A DNA stretch of 63,018 nt, counting the filler, from Octopus bimaculoides (taxonomy: Eukaryota), in the NCBI RefSeq assembly GCF_001194135.2. It is 5 parts of 4 records of this genome, joined end to end, with 100 filler letters (N's around TTAATTAATTAA, not from the genome) between each part and the next. Parts side by side here need not be neighbours in the genome. Positions count along the whole stretch, not along the records: positions 1 to 16,510 come from NC_068991.1; positions 16,611 to 43,195 come from NC_068991.1; 3 more parts are not named here. One strand, written 5' to 3'. Positions 11,548-23,222 of this stretch are shown piece by piece. Position 1 is the first letter of the stretch; each line of letters starts with the position of its first letter. The notes beneath the pieces were generated by a model that did not search any database, was not told the origin of the DNA, and saw only the letters and a list, made by a program, of their open reading frames with translations. The translations under genes were made by a program, and so were the position numbers.

Positions 11548-12410
11548 NTTCTTATGCATTTCATCCATTTGCTGACAGTTCTTCTCCGCCGTAATCGTTT
11601 CGCCTGGATCCAAAAAGCTGGGATGGATGAAACCAGCCAGAGACTACCAAACAATCACCATGACCTTCTTTTGGCACAACTTTGGCTTTGGGAAGTGCTG
11701 TGGAGCTTCGTTGGCATCCATCCACTGAGCTGAGCATTGCCAGTTGTCGTAAAGAATCCACTTTTCATCACAAGTCACAACCCAGTCAAGAAACGGGTCA
11801 TTCTTGTTACGTAAAAGAAGGGAAATCAACACTTCAAAACGGCGTTTTTTGGGGTTGTCGTTCAATTCATGCTGCACCCATTTCTCAAGTATTTTTGTTT
11901 TTCCAATCTCTTTCAAGTGGTTGGAAATTATTGCATACATTACGTCTAATTCAGAAGCAAGCTCTCAAACATTTGTGCATGGATTGGCTTTGACTAAGGC
12001 TCTTTGTTCATCATTGTCAACATCCGATGGACAACAACTATGCTTATCATCTTCAAGACTCTCATCACCACTATGAAATTTCTTGAACCACCATTATGCT
12101 GTACATTCATTAGTGGTTCCTGAGCCAAACGCATCATTGATATCACGAGCTGTTTCAGCAGCTTTTCAGCCTAGCTTGAGCTGGAATAAGAAAATTGTGT
12201 GAATTTGCTTTTTATCCATGTTGTATTCAACATTCCGGAAAAAATGGCCTAATTATTCAAAAAGTAAAAGAGTAACATGATTAGACAGAGCGAAAAATGC
12301 GCTTTAAAATTATATATAAAGTCAAAATAATTTAACAAAAATTAATTTGAAAATACATCATTTAAAACCAAAATTTTAAATTCCACAAGAACTTTCTTGA
12401 CAACCTAATA
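11548..12410 (-). mobile_element. Hsmar1-like mariner, inactivated transposase, 3' part lost in gap
   Basis: TIR TA-TTAGGTTGTCAAGAAAG at 12381-12410; ATG at 12219 MDKKQIHTIFLFQLKLG*KAAETARDIN...; WVQHEL (WVPHEL), VTCDEKW (first catalytic D), PGETIT; stops and a frameshift. Confidence 0.93.
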
Positions 12411-13300
12411 TAACCGGAAGGAAAAAAGAATTATGTCCTGCGAGGAATGAGGTGGTGGAAAAGTGCCTCACCCCCATGTGGGGAAAAATTACCTATGTCG
12501 GTTGAGGACCAAGAAGTGCCACTGTTGAGGCGCAATTTGAGAATGCTGAAACAGCAAAAGAAATATCAACCCAAACTCTAAAAAGTGATGAGATAATGTT
12601 GCTCCTGACCTACCTAGGCAGGAGAACTGCAAAAATAACTATAAAGGAAATACCAGCTGGTTACGACGTAACATGGATGGCAGCAGCCGTAATTTATGAT
12701 GCAGAGGAGGATATAATAATACTCCAGATGAAAACGAGAGAGGCTCTAAACTGGAAAGGCCAAACACTTGAGATTGTGGTTCAAGCCTCAAATGATGTGC
12801 TTGAATTGAGGCCAGACTGCATTTTTATAGGGGAGGGACTAAGCGCCAGAGTATCAGTCGAGGGGCGTACAGCCAGATGTTTTAAGTGTGGAGAAAAAGG
12901 GCAAGTCCACTTGGACTGTGAAAAAATAAACAAAAAACAAAAGTAAAAAAGAAAATAATAAGAAAATGATGGAAAGCATCACAGAAAGTATCACAGGAAA
13001 AGCAGAAGAAAGGAGTAAACAAAATGTAGAAAACACACAACAGAAGGAAGCCGAAGAGGAAATGGAATTTACCACATGATTTCACATAAAAGAAAAAATG
13101 CCCATTGCCCAGACTCCCCTCCCCTGACAAAGAAAATATCTATACAAAACGCAAACACACAGAAAAACTCCCCAATCCACCCCCAAGTCGAAATTTGGGA
13201 TTTGCAGAGGGTCAAAGTTGGTAACAAAAGCAGGACAGTGGAGACATACAACAAACCAAATGAAAACAAACATGGAGGGCCATTAGGCCAGATGAGGTAA
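12411..13300 (+). mobile_element. Tx1/L1-like ORF1 remnant with zinc knuckle
   Basis: ORF 12596-12946 with CFKCGEKGQVHLDC (degenerate CCHC knuckle) followed by a K/E-rich tail; upstream frame broken. Confidence 0.6.
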
Positions 13301-13569
13301 GGTATATATATGTATATATCTATGTATGTATGTATGTCATCATCATCATTGTTTAACGTCCGCTTTCCATGCTAGCATGGGTTACACGACAGGCTTCTTT
13401 CCACCTAACAAATTCACTCACAGGGCTTTGGTCAGCCCGAGGCTATAGTAGAAGACACTTGCCCAAGGCGCCACACAGTGGAACTAAAACTGGAACCATG
13501 TGGTTGGGAAGCAAGCTTCTTACCACACAGCCACTCCTGCACCTATACATATATATATACATATATACA

Positions 13570-13643
<74 letters not shown>

Positions 13644-14038
13644 GTGTGTGTTTGTATGAATGCTTTCCTACCTGGAGACACACAAACACACATGTACATA
13701 TGTACATAAAGAAACACTTAAACTGATGGTCTGAAGAGTAGCTTGTGGTCTACCACTCGTTTCAATAATTACTACTTCTGAGGTTCTGCTAGCCAAGAAA
13801 CATATGTAGCCTGAATTTTATCTACTCCAATCCCTAATTTTTGAATGTTTATATACATATACAGTTGCTAACTGTGAACTATAAAATAGACTTTTTACAG
13901 CTTATCATACTTCGATACTGGGAAAATTCACAACCTTCTGCACCATTAAACCACTATTGTTCCTGAAAGTTGTTTTTATACCTTCTATCTACTCCTTGAA
14001 GCTTACTAACTTCCTACACCTTGATATTTGGATCTTAC

Positions 14039-14093
<55 letters not shown>

Positions 14094-14869
14094 TATATAA
14101 CAGTAATGCTTGTTTTTATATTCAGTTATAATCCTTCCTACAACAGGTCTGAAATTTTGGGAGAGGTGTAAGTCGATGATTACATTAACTCCAGTGCGTG
14201 ACTGGTACTTATTTTATTGACTCTGATAGAATGAAAAGCAAAGTTGACCATCTTGACATTTGAACACAGATCATAAAAACAGATGAAATGCCACTAAACA
14301 TTTTGCCCAGCATGCTAACAATTCTACCAGCTCACCACCTTTATATTCAGTTATAATAAAAACAGTTTTACTTTAATCTAACGGGTAACTTTATACATTT
14401 GCAGAGTACAAATTAATTATTGTTATATTTCGGGATGGTTACTTTTTATATGGCCAAATAAACACACGCACTATATATTCGTTCTTAACTTGTTTATTAT
14501 TGTTCTCATTTTATCCCAAGTCCATGGTATGGAAATCTTTTGTCACACATCTGTGACCTCTTCAGTGACTCCTCTATCACATGTATATCCTCTTGTTCTG
14601 TTTAGTCCATTCTGTCTTTCTAAAAAGTATACTAAACATGTGGGATGAAAGTGTTGCTGAAAAGATCAGAGAAGTATGACGAAAGATTTCCAGACAATGG
14701 AGATAAAATAAAATAAGAACAATGATAAATGAGTGAAGAATTAATATATAGTGCATGTGTTTATTTGGCAAGAACATAAAAATGACCATCCTGAAATCTA
14801 ACAATATTAGTTTCAACACACAATTTCACATCAGAAGTCTTGCAAAACAAATGCATAAACATAAATTTA

Positions 14870-14996
14870 TTATTCTTAAACAGGAATATTATTGATAATG
14901 ACTTCAAAGTTTCTGTCACCAAAGCCATCAGTAGACAATGGCTTAGTTGACCAAAACTTCGAAGTCACAGTCAATAATGTTCCTGTTTAAGAGTAA
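14870..14996. repeat. Foldback hairpin, copy 1
   Basis: Arms of about 60 bp with a 7-nt loop; homologous to 57102-57210. Confidence 0.8.
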
Positions 14997-15026
14997 TATA
15001 CATATGCATATATATATACATATATT

Positions 15027-15082
<56 letters not shown>

Positions 15083-15889
15083 NNNNNNNNNNNNNNNNNN
15101 NNNNNNNNNNNNNNNNNNNNNNNNNNNNNNNNNNNNNNNNNNNNNNNNNNNNNNNNNNNNNNNNNNNNNNNNNNNNNNNNNNNNNNNNNNNNNNNNNNNN
15201 NNNNNNNNNNNNNNNNNNNNNNNNNNNNNNNNNNNNNNNNNNNNNNNNNNNNNNNNNNNNNNNNNNNNNNNNNNNNNNNNNNNNNNNNNNNNNNNNNNNN
15301 NNNNNNNNNNNNNNNNNNNNNNNNNNNNNNNNNNNNNNNNNNNNNNNNNNNNNNNNNNNNNNNNNNNNNNNNNNNNNNNNNNNNNNNNNNNNNNNNNNNN
15401 NNNNNNNNNNNNNNNNNNNNNNNNNNNNNNNNNNNNNNNNNNNNNNNNNNNNNNNNNNNNNNNNNNNNNNNNNNNNNNNNNNNNNNNNNNNNNNNNNNNN
15501 NNNNNNNNNNNNNNNNNNNNNNNNNNNNNNNNNNNNNNNNNNNNNNNNNNNNNNNNNNNNNNNNNNNNNNNNNNNNNNNNNNNNNNNNNNNNNNNNNNNN
15601 NNNNNNNNNNNNNNNNNNNNNNNNNNNNNNNNNNNNNNNNNNNNNNNNNNNNNNNNNNNNNNNNNNNNNNNNNNNNNNNNNNNNNNNNNNNNNNNNNNNN
15701 NNNNNNNNNNNNNNNNNNNNNNNNNNNNNNNNNNNNNNNNNNNNNNNNNNNNNNNNNNNNNNNNNNNNNNNNNNNNNNNNNNNNNNNNNNNNNNNNNNNN
15801 NNNNNNNNNNNNNNNNNNNNNNNNNNNNNNNNNNNNNNNNNNNNNNNNNNNNNNNNNNNNNNNNNNNNNNNNNNNNNNNNNNNNNNNNN

Positions 15890-15925
<36 letters not shown>

Positions 15926-16468
15926 TATTTGTGTGTGTGACTATGTATATATGTATGTTTGTGTATATGTATGCATATTAGTACAGGTAACTTTAATTCT
16001 AGAGCTTAGTTAACTACAAATGGAAAAAAACTGTCTCCAATATATTTAGAAAGATTTTGTGAGTAATTCAATATTTAAATGTTTTCTTGCACTTTATGTT
16101 TCACTAAGAAAACAAAAAAGCTGCTTTTTGCATCAGCATATGTTTTAATATAACAAATAGCAAAGGCCTAAAGATGTCAACTGTTGGCAGGAGATCAATG
16201 TGTATGATCATATGTGTACATGTTAGCTTGTAAGTCTAAATTTAGGGTGTGTTAGGAAAGCTAGAGCAGGACGGTAGTGTAGAATGTGTTAATAGGGAGA
16301 TTAAGGTACAAAGAGACCCCTGCTAGTGCTCTCATACACCTAAGACTAACACACACACTCACACACACACACACACGTGTATGCATGTATATTTGTATAC
16401 ATACATATACGTACACATGCATACATATACATACATACATATATATACGTACATATACGTATACATAC

Positions 16469-16505
<37 letters not shown>

Positions 16506-16510
16506 TATAT

Positions 16511-16610
16511 NNNNNNNNNNNNNNNNNNNNNNNNNNNNNNNNNNNNNNNNNNNNTTAATTAATTAANNNNNNNNNNNNNNNNNNNNNNNNNNNNNNNNNN
16601 NNNNNNNNNN
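16511..16610. other. Artificial join spacer (44 N + TTAATTAATTAA + 44 N)
   Basis: Identical 100-bp structure also at 43196-43295, 60074-60173 and 61830-61929; the 12-mer has stops in all six frames. Confidence 0.95.
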
Positions 16611-16706
16611 CTTTTAAACAAAATAATATATATATATATATATATATATGATCTGTTATGTTGCTTATAGCTATTTGCTTAATGTTTTGTATTTTCTTGG
16701 TTGCAG

Positions 16707-16823
16707 CAACTGAAGCTGTTGGGGAAACGGAAGAGAACCGACTCAGAAGCATCAGCCCCTGCTGCCCCCCAAGCTGGGGGTGAAGACAACGAATCCTCAG
16801 CAACGTCAGAGAGTGATGATGAG
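16707..16823 (+). CDS. RTF1: RTF1 first visible coding exon (true first exon absent)
   Basis: ttgcag acceptor, gag|gtgagg donor, 117 nt; QLKLLGKRKRTDSE...SESDDE resembles vertebrate RTF1 ELLSLAKRKRSDSE...SDSDDE (from memory). Confidence 0.9.
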
Positions 16824-17213
16824 GTGAGGGGCTCCGTTTTTTTTCTTTCCTTCTCAAATTCTTCTTCTCCTGTTTCAGCAGTCTTAATCCTAAATCCTTG
16901 GCTTTAGTTCTAACAAGAAACTAACTTCATATTTTAGCCCTAAACTCTAATCTTAAGCCATAATTCTAAACCCCAACACTAAGTTAATTCCTAAAACCTA
17001 AATCCTAATATCGACCCTTATCCAAGTGCATCTTTCTTTAACATTTCATTGGTCCTGCCAATCTACCCCCTATACTAAAAATTATATCACCCACAGTTAT
17101 CCATCGTTGCAGTCTATCAATAAAACTAGATAATTTTTAGGGAATATTAAGTATTTATTCTAAAACTGGTGTTTTCATGTTGATTAATCGTCTTCCAAAT
17201 TCTTTGGCGCCAG

Positions 17214-17346
17214 TGGACAATGGATGGCAAAAGTAGTGCTGGTAAGAAGAAAACTAAAGCTGCCAAGAAGAATAACCGAAAGTCTGTTGCCATATCATCA
17301 GAAAGTGAAGACCCAAGTGAGAAGAGTGCCTCTGAGCCAGAAGAAG
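17214..17346 (+). CDS. RTF1: RTF1 coding exon 2 (visible numbering)
   Basis: ccag acceptor, aag|gtcagt donor, 133 nt, phase 0-1; WTMDGK...SASEPEE(G). Confidence 0.92.
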
Positions 17347-17929
17347 GTCAGTTCCCGGTTTCTCTGTAATTCTTGGAATTGATGTTTATTGTTGCAGTTA
17401 ACTCTGAAGAATTGTTTGTGTTCTTTTATTTAGCAAACGTATGGTTGATGGCATTGAAGCCATGGTTTGATTAGAGTGGGATCTGGCTATTAATTCTTGC
17501 AAATGGAACAATCCTGTAGAGGTTTTTTTTTGGATTGAGTAGGTCTGTGGTTGACAGGTCACAGGTTCAGTTCCTGAAGGTTCACTATGTGCATGGGTGG
17601 GGAAGAGGAGGATCTTAGTGTGGTGTGGGGTCAGAAGGAGGATGGAAAGTCATGGTTTAAGTAGATTGTGGAAATCTATTGGGTAGGGTGTGTGAGAGTC
17701 AGGGTATGCTATGTGGGGTGGATGTTCTGTGTGGGGTAGATTGATACAGTCAGAGATGTCGGATGGGGGTAGATGGTGACAGAGAATGATGTTGTGTGGG
17801 GTGGGTTGTGTGCGATAAAGATAAAAGATATGTTTGGCAGTACACTAACGTATCTCATCTTCTCTTTTCTTTTAGAGGTATCCATGATCATGTTGTCCAA
17901 TGTGTGTCCTTCCTTGTTTAAGATTGCAT

Positions 17930-18133
17930 TAAATACTAGATTGATTTAGCTACTATTTCTAGCACATCATGGTACTGTACAGTGATCCCTTTCTTAGCTC
18001 ATCTCTAAGCCTAATTCCCTTTGCCCACTTCACTTGTGGACATGAACCTTAGGCATAGAGATGAACTAAGAAAGGAATCACTATACAGTTCCAGGATGTG
18101 CTAGAAATAGCAGCCAAATCAATCCTGTATTTT
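17930..18133. repeat. Long inverted repeat (85-bp arms, 34-nt loop)
   Basis: About 10 mismatches by manual alignment. Confidence 0.9.
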
Positions 18134-18289
18134 ACCTTTTTTACCTCGATCCCTATTGTATTTAGATGGACCCTAATTAACATTTTGTATGTTATCCAAT
18201 CATTTTACATTATATTATTAGGAGCTGCAGGAAAAAACCTTGTTAAAATATTTTGTGTATTGCAAAAGTAAATTCTTGTATTCTTTTAC

Positions 18290-18528
18290 TTATTTTAGTC
18301 ATTTGACTGTGGCCATGCTGGGGCACCGCCTTTAGTCAAACAAATCGACCCCAGAACTTATTTTTTGCAAACCTAGTACTTGTTCTATCGGTCTCTTTTT
18401 GCCGAAGCGCTAAGTTATGGGGATGTAAACACACCAACATCAGTGGTCAAGCGATGTTGGGGGGACAAACACACACATATACATATATATATATAGATGC
18501 ATACGATAGGCTTCTTTCAGTTTCCATC
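18290..18528 (-). mobile_element. Family A SINE (3' part), CpG-decayed
   Basis: Reverse complement of the family A tail. Confidence 0.75.
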
Positions 18529-18766
18529 NNNNNNNNNNNNNNNNNNNNNNNNNNNNNNNNNNNNNNNNNNNNNNNNNNNNNNNNNNNNNNNNNNNNNNNN
18601 NNNNNNNNNNNNNNNNNNNNNNNNNNNNNNNNNNNNNNNNNNNNNNNNNNNNNNNNNNNNNNNNNNNNNNNNNNNNNNNNNNNNNNNNNNNNNNNNNNNN
18701 NNNNNNNNNNNNNNNNNNNNNNNNNNNNNNNNNNNNNNNNNNNNNNNNNNNNNNNNNNNNNNNNNN

Positions 18767-18804
18767 CCCCCAAGGCCATATGGAGCCCCAGTTGAGAACC
18801 ACTG
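18767..18804. mobile_element. Right end of a hAT-Charlie MITE
   Basis: GTTGAGAACCACTG terminal repeat; left end lies in the gap. Confidence 0.55.
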
Positions 18805-18911
18805 AATTAGAACCTGGCAACTACTGTTTCTCTCCATTTAGCATAGGTGTGTAAAAAATCTCAGCATAGTCTTTGGCACTAATGATGTTTCTCTCTCTCT
18901 CTCGTTGCCAG

Positions 18912-19104
18912 GTGAGGTGTCCGATTCTGATCACAATTCTAGTGAAGTGTCTGATTCTGAATCGGACGACAAATTCTTTGATGGCTACGACGAAGACTTG
19001 ATTGGAGATGATGAAGATCGCAAGAGACTGGAGCAGATGACGGAGAAAGAGCGAGAGCAGGAGTTGTATAACCGCAGTGAACGAAGAGCAGTTCTTAAAA
19101 CAAG
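18912..19104 (+). CDS. RTF1: RTF1 coding exon 3
   Basis: Phase 1-2, 193 nt; GEVSDSD...[44 protein letters not shown], the conserved RTF1 N-terminal block. Confidence 0.97.
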
Positions 19105-19194
19105 GTTCAGTTTGATTTTTATTATTTTGTGTTTATGTAGTTATTTGCTTTTTTCTTCTTTAACTCTCTGAAACAGATCCTGTTTATTGCATAG

Positions 19195-19487
19195 ATTTTG
19201 GCCATGTGACCGATGCTGGTGGCACGTAAAAAGCACCATTCGAGTGTTGGGCCACACAGAGGCAATGTGGGCAACGCTGGTGCCACGTAACTGGCACCTG
19301 TGCTGGTGGCATGTAAAAAGCACTCGTTACACTCTCCAAGTGGTTGGCGTTAGGAAGGGCATCCAGTCGTAGAAACCATGCCAAGTCAGGATGGGGTCTG
19401 ATGCAGCCCCTCAGCTTATCAGCCCCTTGTTAAACTGTCCAACCCATGCCAGCATGGACAATAGATGTTAAATGATGATGATGATGA
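19195..19487 (+). mobile_element. Family C repeat ((ATG)n-tailed, RTE-tail-like)
   Basis: TGGCACGTAAAAAGCAC motifs, AACCCATGCCAGCATGG..GTTAAATGATGATG end; same orientation at 21915-22225, 22325-22533 and 29210-29405, opposite at 13340-13385, 24125-24295 and 25660-25810. Confidence 0.75.
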
Positions 19488-20131
19488 AAGAGAAGATTGG
19501 TAAAAAAAGAATGGGTCCTGCCTCCTCCAAACTGATATTCCTCATTCACCTCACACACCTACACCACCATTACCTCCATCCCCATCTCTGCCCATCTGAC
19601 ACTCTTCTTTCTCACTCTCACAAACTCACCAACCCATCCAACTCATTCACTCTTTTGGACCCTTCTGACCCCTTTTCTTATATTCATCTTCCTGTAACTT
19701 AATCATACACCCTGAAACCTCTTCACCATCTTCTCTCTTTTTCCAACTGGGGTAGCAATATATGTCTCCTCTACTGCAAAGACACCTTTTCCTGCCCTTC
19801 TATCATAGCCCCCCACCCTGACATAAAGCTACCTCCTTCCCTCAATACTGCACCACATCATCAGCTGATTGGTCTTGTTTGACAAGTTATTTGGTGTCCT
19901 CACTTGTGTGATGCCACATAAAAAGCTGTTAAGAAGGGCAGCATCTAGCTATGGATGTTGTGGTATTTGTTCTGTTCCTTTACCGTCTGAGTTGTAATCT
20001 CACCAAGATCAGCTTTGCCTTTCATCCTTTCAGGGCTGATAAGATACATACCAGTTGAGTCCTGGACTCAGTCTAATTGACTCTCACCTCTCCCCACAAT
20101 TTTGGGTCTTGAACCTATATTTTTATTATTA

Positions 20132-20471
20132 TTACCTCTGCCTTAGCGAAGGTGAAGGTGTTGTTTTCAGTCACATTTGTTTGTTTGTCCATGGACAAGA
20201 TATCTCAAGAACTGGATTTGGATGAAACTTTCAGGGATGTTTGGCCTCATGACTGGCACAAACTGATTAAATTTTGGTATTGATCCAGTACCGAACAAGG
20301 ATTCTGAATTTTTTTTACTTAATTTTTGAGAGTGGTTGGGTTCATTTTTAGTATTCTCGTTTGTGAGAGCAGTCGAGTTTATTTCAGATATTCTCATTTC
20401 AAAAATTATCTCCGGCTAATCGTTGAGAGGACGGTGTTGCCTTGGCAGAAGTTTGCGTTCTCTCAGTGCTC

Positions 20472-20476
<5 letters not shown>
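20132..20476 (+). mobile_element. Helentron/DINE-1-like non-autonomous element
   Basis: Subterminal inverted repeats TTACCTCTGCC / CCTTGGCAGAAGT followed by GCGTTCTCTCAGTGCT, inserted in a TTA run. Confidence 0.55.
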
Positions 20477-20532
<56 letters not shown>

Positions 20533-20744
20533 GGTGGTGAGCTGGCAGAATCATTAGCACGCCAGATGAAATGCTTAGCGGTATTTCACCCATTGCTACA
20601 TTCTGAGTTCAAATTCTGCTGAGGTCGACTTAACCTTTCATCCTTTCGGGGGTCGATAAAATAAGTACGAGTTGAACACTGGAGTCGATGTAATCGACTC
20701 ATCCTCTCCCCCAAAATAGCTGCCCTTGTGGCAAAATTTGAAAC

Positions 20745-20775
<31 letters not shown>

Positions 20776-20782
20776 TTCCTAG

Positions 20783-20988
20783 GTTTGAAATAGAAAAGAA
20801 ATTGCGACAAGCGAAAAAGAAAGACCAAAAGGGAAAGAAGAAATCTTCGTCTGATTCAAGTTCGCGACAGGTTGCCACACCCAGCCAGCGCAGCAAGGAA
20901 CGCCGTAAGAACATAGAAGATAAGAGAGACAGCAAGATGTCTGCCTTCAAGAATCTGAAGGCCCGGAGAGAAGAGAAGAAAACTAAAG
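20783..20988 (+). CDS. RTF1: RTF1 coding exon 4
   Basis: cctag acceptor, aag|gtttgt donor, 206 nt, phase 2-1; FEIEKKLRQAKKK...SKERRKNIEDKRDSKMSAFKNLKARREEKKTK. Confidence 0.95.
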
Positions 20989-21654
20989 GTTTGTGTAGCA
21001 TTTTTTTTTTGTTTTTTGCTGAATTTTTATGGGTTTGCAACGAGTTTGCTTATTAACATAGGTCTACATGTTACTTATTTTACTCCACAACTTTTTTTCT
21101 GCTTTTCTCGAGTCTGGCTTGTCTTTCCTGAAGGAAGGTCTTGTGGCAATGATTCAAAACTGAATCCTTGGATACATGATCAAATGCCACAAGCAAACCA
21201 CCAGTTTCACGTGATTGGTCTATAAAGCGACCAATCAACATGAAGCAATGGCATGGACAGGTTTCCACAAACATTTTAGAATTTGGCTTCCGGTTCCCCT
21301 ATAAAAACTGTTTGGGGCACATTTTTGTCTGCTAGACGATCCAGGAAGATGGCTCAGTAGGATGTAGCAGATAGATGACAGGAATCTCCATCACCACAAA
21401 TATAGCACAATTGTTTCCATTTACACTGGGCAAGCTGTAGGTTGTCAAACTCCAAGCAGTATATCTCTTTCATATGTAATTATTGCTGTGGTTATCAGTG
21501 AAGGGCCAACCTAGTTTGTATCTGCAATAATAAAACCATTTGTTAAAGTGTTCACAGATGTTGTTCAGTTACTTCTACATGTAGCCCAAGAAACATAGAG
21601 AGAGAGAAATGTGTTGTTTCTTCTTCTTCTGATTTTGTCATTCTTTCTCCTCAG

Positions 21655-21889
21655 AAATCGCAATCAAAGAACAGCAGAAAAAGAAGCTGGCAGGGAACCA
21701 TATCTACTCAGATGACGATGACGACGACGATGATGATGACGACGACGACGATGCTCCTGACAACAATAGCAAAGACGAGAGCAGTCGGAAGAGTGATCGA
21801 GAAGAAAAGAGCAAGAAAGCCGATACATCGTCATCGTCAGACTCCAGCGATGATCGGTCATCAGCATCCTCAGACTCAGACTCAGATGG
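21655..21889 (+). CDS. RTF1: RTF1 coding exon 5 (acidic/Ser-rich)
   Basis: Pyrimidine tract plus tcag, gg|gtaagt donor, 235 nt, phase 1-2; contains HIYSDDDD as in RTF1 VYSDDE. Confidence 0.93.
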
Positions 21890-21914
21890 GTAAGTGGTTC
21901 CATTCTATATATAC

Positions 21915-22533
21915 ATCATCATCATCTGATGTGAGGTTGTTAAACAGCAACAAACCAGCGCCACATAAAATTCATCATTGGTGTTGGTGTCACGTAAAAT
22001 GCACTGGTGATGGGTGCCGTGTAAAAAGCACTCAATACCCTCCGTAAAGTGTTTGACATTAGGAAGGGCATCCAGCAGTAGAAACCATGCTGAAACAGGC
22101 AAATGGTGTCTGGTGCAGTCCCTGGCCTTGCCAGCTCTTGTCAAACCATCCAACCCATGCCAGCATGGGAAATGGACATTAGATGATGATGACGATGATG
22201 TTGATGAGGATGACGATGATGATGATGGTGTCTCAGTCCTAGTGAAGTTGCCAAGGAATTTGCAAGACAAAGTAAAAAAAAATGGGGGCTTTTTCTTTTT
22301 CCTTAATTTACTTTGTCTTGCAAATGCCTTGGTGCCCTGATCAGTGCTGGTATCAGGAGAAAAGCACCCAGTCTACATTCTGTAAAGTGGTTGGCCTTAG
22401 AAAGGTCATCCTGTTGTAAAAAACCATGCCAATTCTGACATTGGGGTCTGGCACAGATCTGCAGTGTTTTGGACCTTGTCAAACCATCCAACCCATGCCA
22501 GCATGGAAGGCAGACGTTAAACAATGATGATGG
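21915..22533 (+). mobile_element. Two family C copies in RTF1 intron 5
   Basis: Each ends AACCCATGCCAGCATGG...(GAT)n. Confidence 0.75.
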
Positions 22534-22832
22534 TGTGTGCAATGAGCTTCTTTGACATTGGTCAGCCCAGGGCTATAGCAGAAGACTTGCCCAAGGTACC
22601 ACCCTGGGACCGAACTTATAACAATGTCAGGAACTGACCTTCTTGACCACAAAGCCATACCTGTACCTCCACTTACTGAAATCTGTTTTCTATATTTTTA
22701 TAAACATTGTAATTCCTCATTTTCTTCATATTAACTTCTCTCTATCGTATTGCTCTGTCTTGTAATGTTTTCCTTGTCGTTGTTCTTGTGGCAAACAAAG
22801 TAATCCGTTCCTACCAATTCCCTCCATTGCAG

Positions 22833-22919
22833 TAGCCCAAAATCTCGCAAGAAAAGCACAGTCTACGCCACCAGGGAAGATCTCTCCAAAATTCGACTTT
22901 CACGGAACAAAATGGAAAG
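22833..22919 (+). CDS. RTF1: RTF1 coding exon 6 (start of Plus3 domain)
   Basis: 87 nt, phase 2-2; TREDLSKIRLSRNKMER. Confidence 0.95.
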
Positions 22920-23131
22920 GTGAGCAGCACATTTCACATTTTCCTCGCTCTGTCTTTTTACTGGTTTCAGTCATTAGACTACGGCCATGCTGGGGCAGTG
23001 CCTTTCATCCCTTTCAGGGTTGATTAAAAAAAAAAAATACCAGGTGAGTACAGGGGCTAGTGTAATCGACTAATGCTCATCCCAGAAAATTTCAGGCCTT
23101 GGGCCTATTATTATTATTATTTTTATTCCAG

Positions 23132-23222
23132 GTGGTGTCACATGCCTTTTTTCAAAAACACTGTCATGGGTTGCTTTGTACGAATTGGTATCGGCAACCA
23201 TGAAGGTCGAGCTATATACAGG
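23132..23222 (+). CDS. RTF1: RTF1 coding exon 7 (Plus3)
   Basis: 91 nt, phase 2-0; [30 protein letters not shown]. Confidence 0.98.

Noticed and set aside
10504-11654. Long ORFs spanning N runs (also at 7.3, 15, 35.5, 40.1 and 53.2 kb)
   Set aside because: Length comes from X residues; only the mariner-derived end near 11550-11613 is meaningful.
9500-16706. Head-to-head arrangement of RTF1 with the minus-strand gene (as with NDUFAF1 in vertebrates)
   Set aside because: An artificial join at 16511-16610 separates them, and the minus-strand peptides do not resemble NDUFAF1 as far as I can recall.
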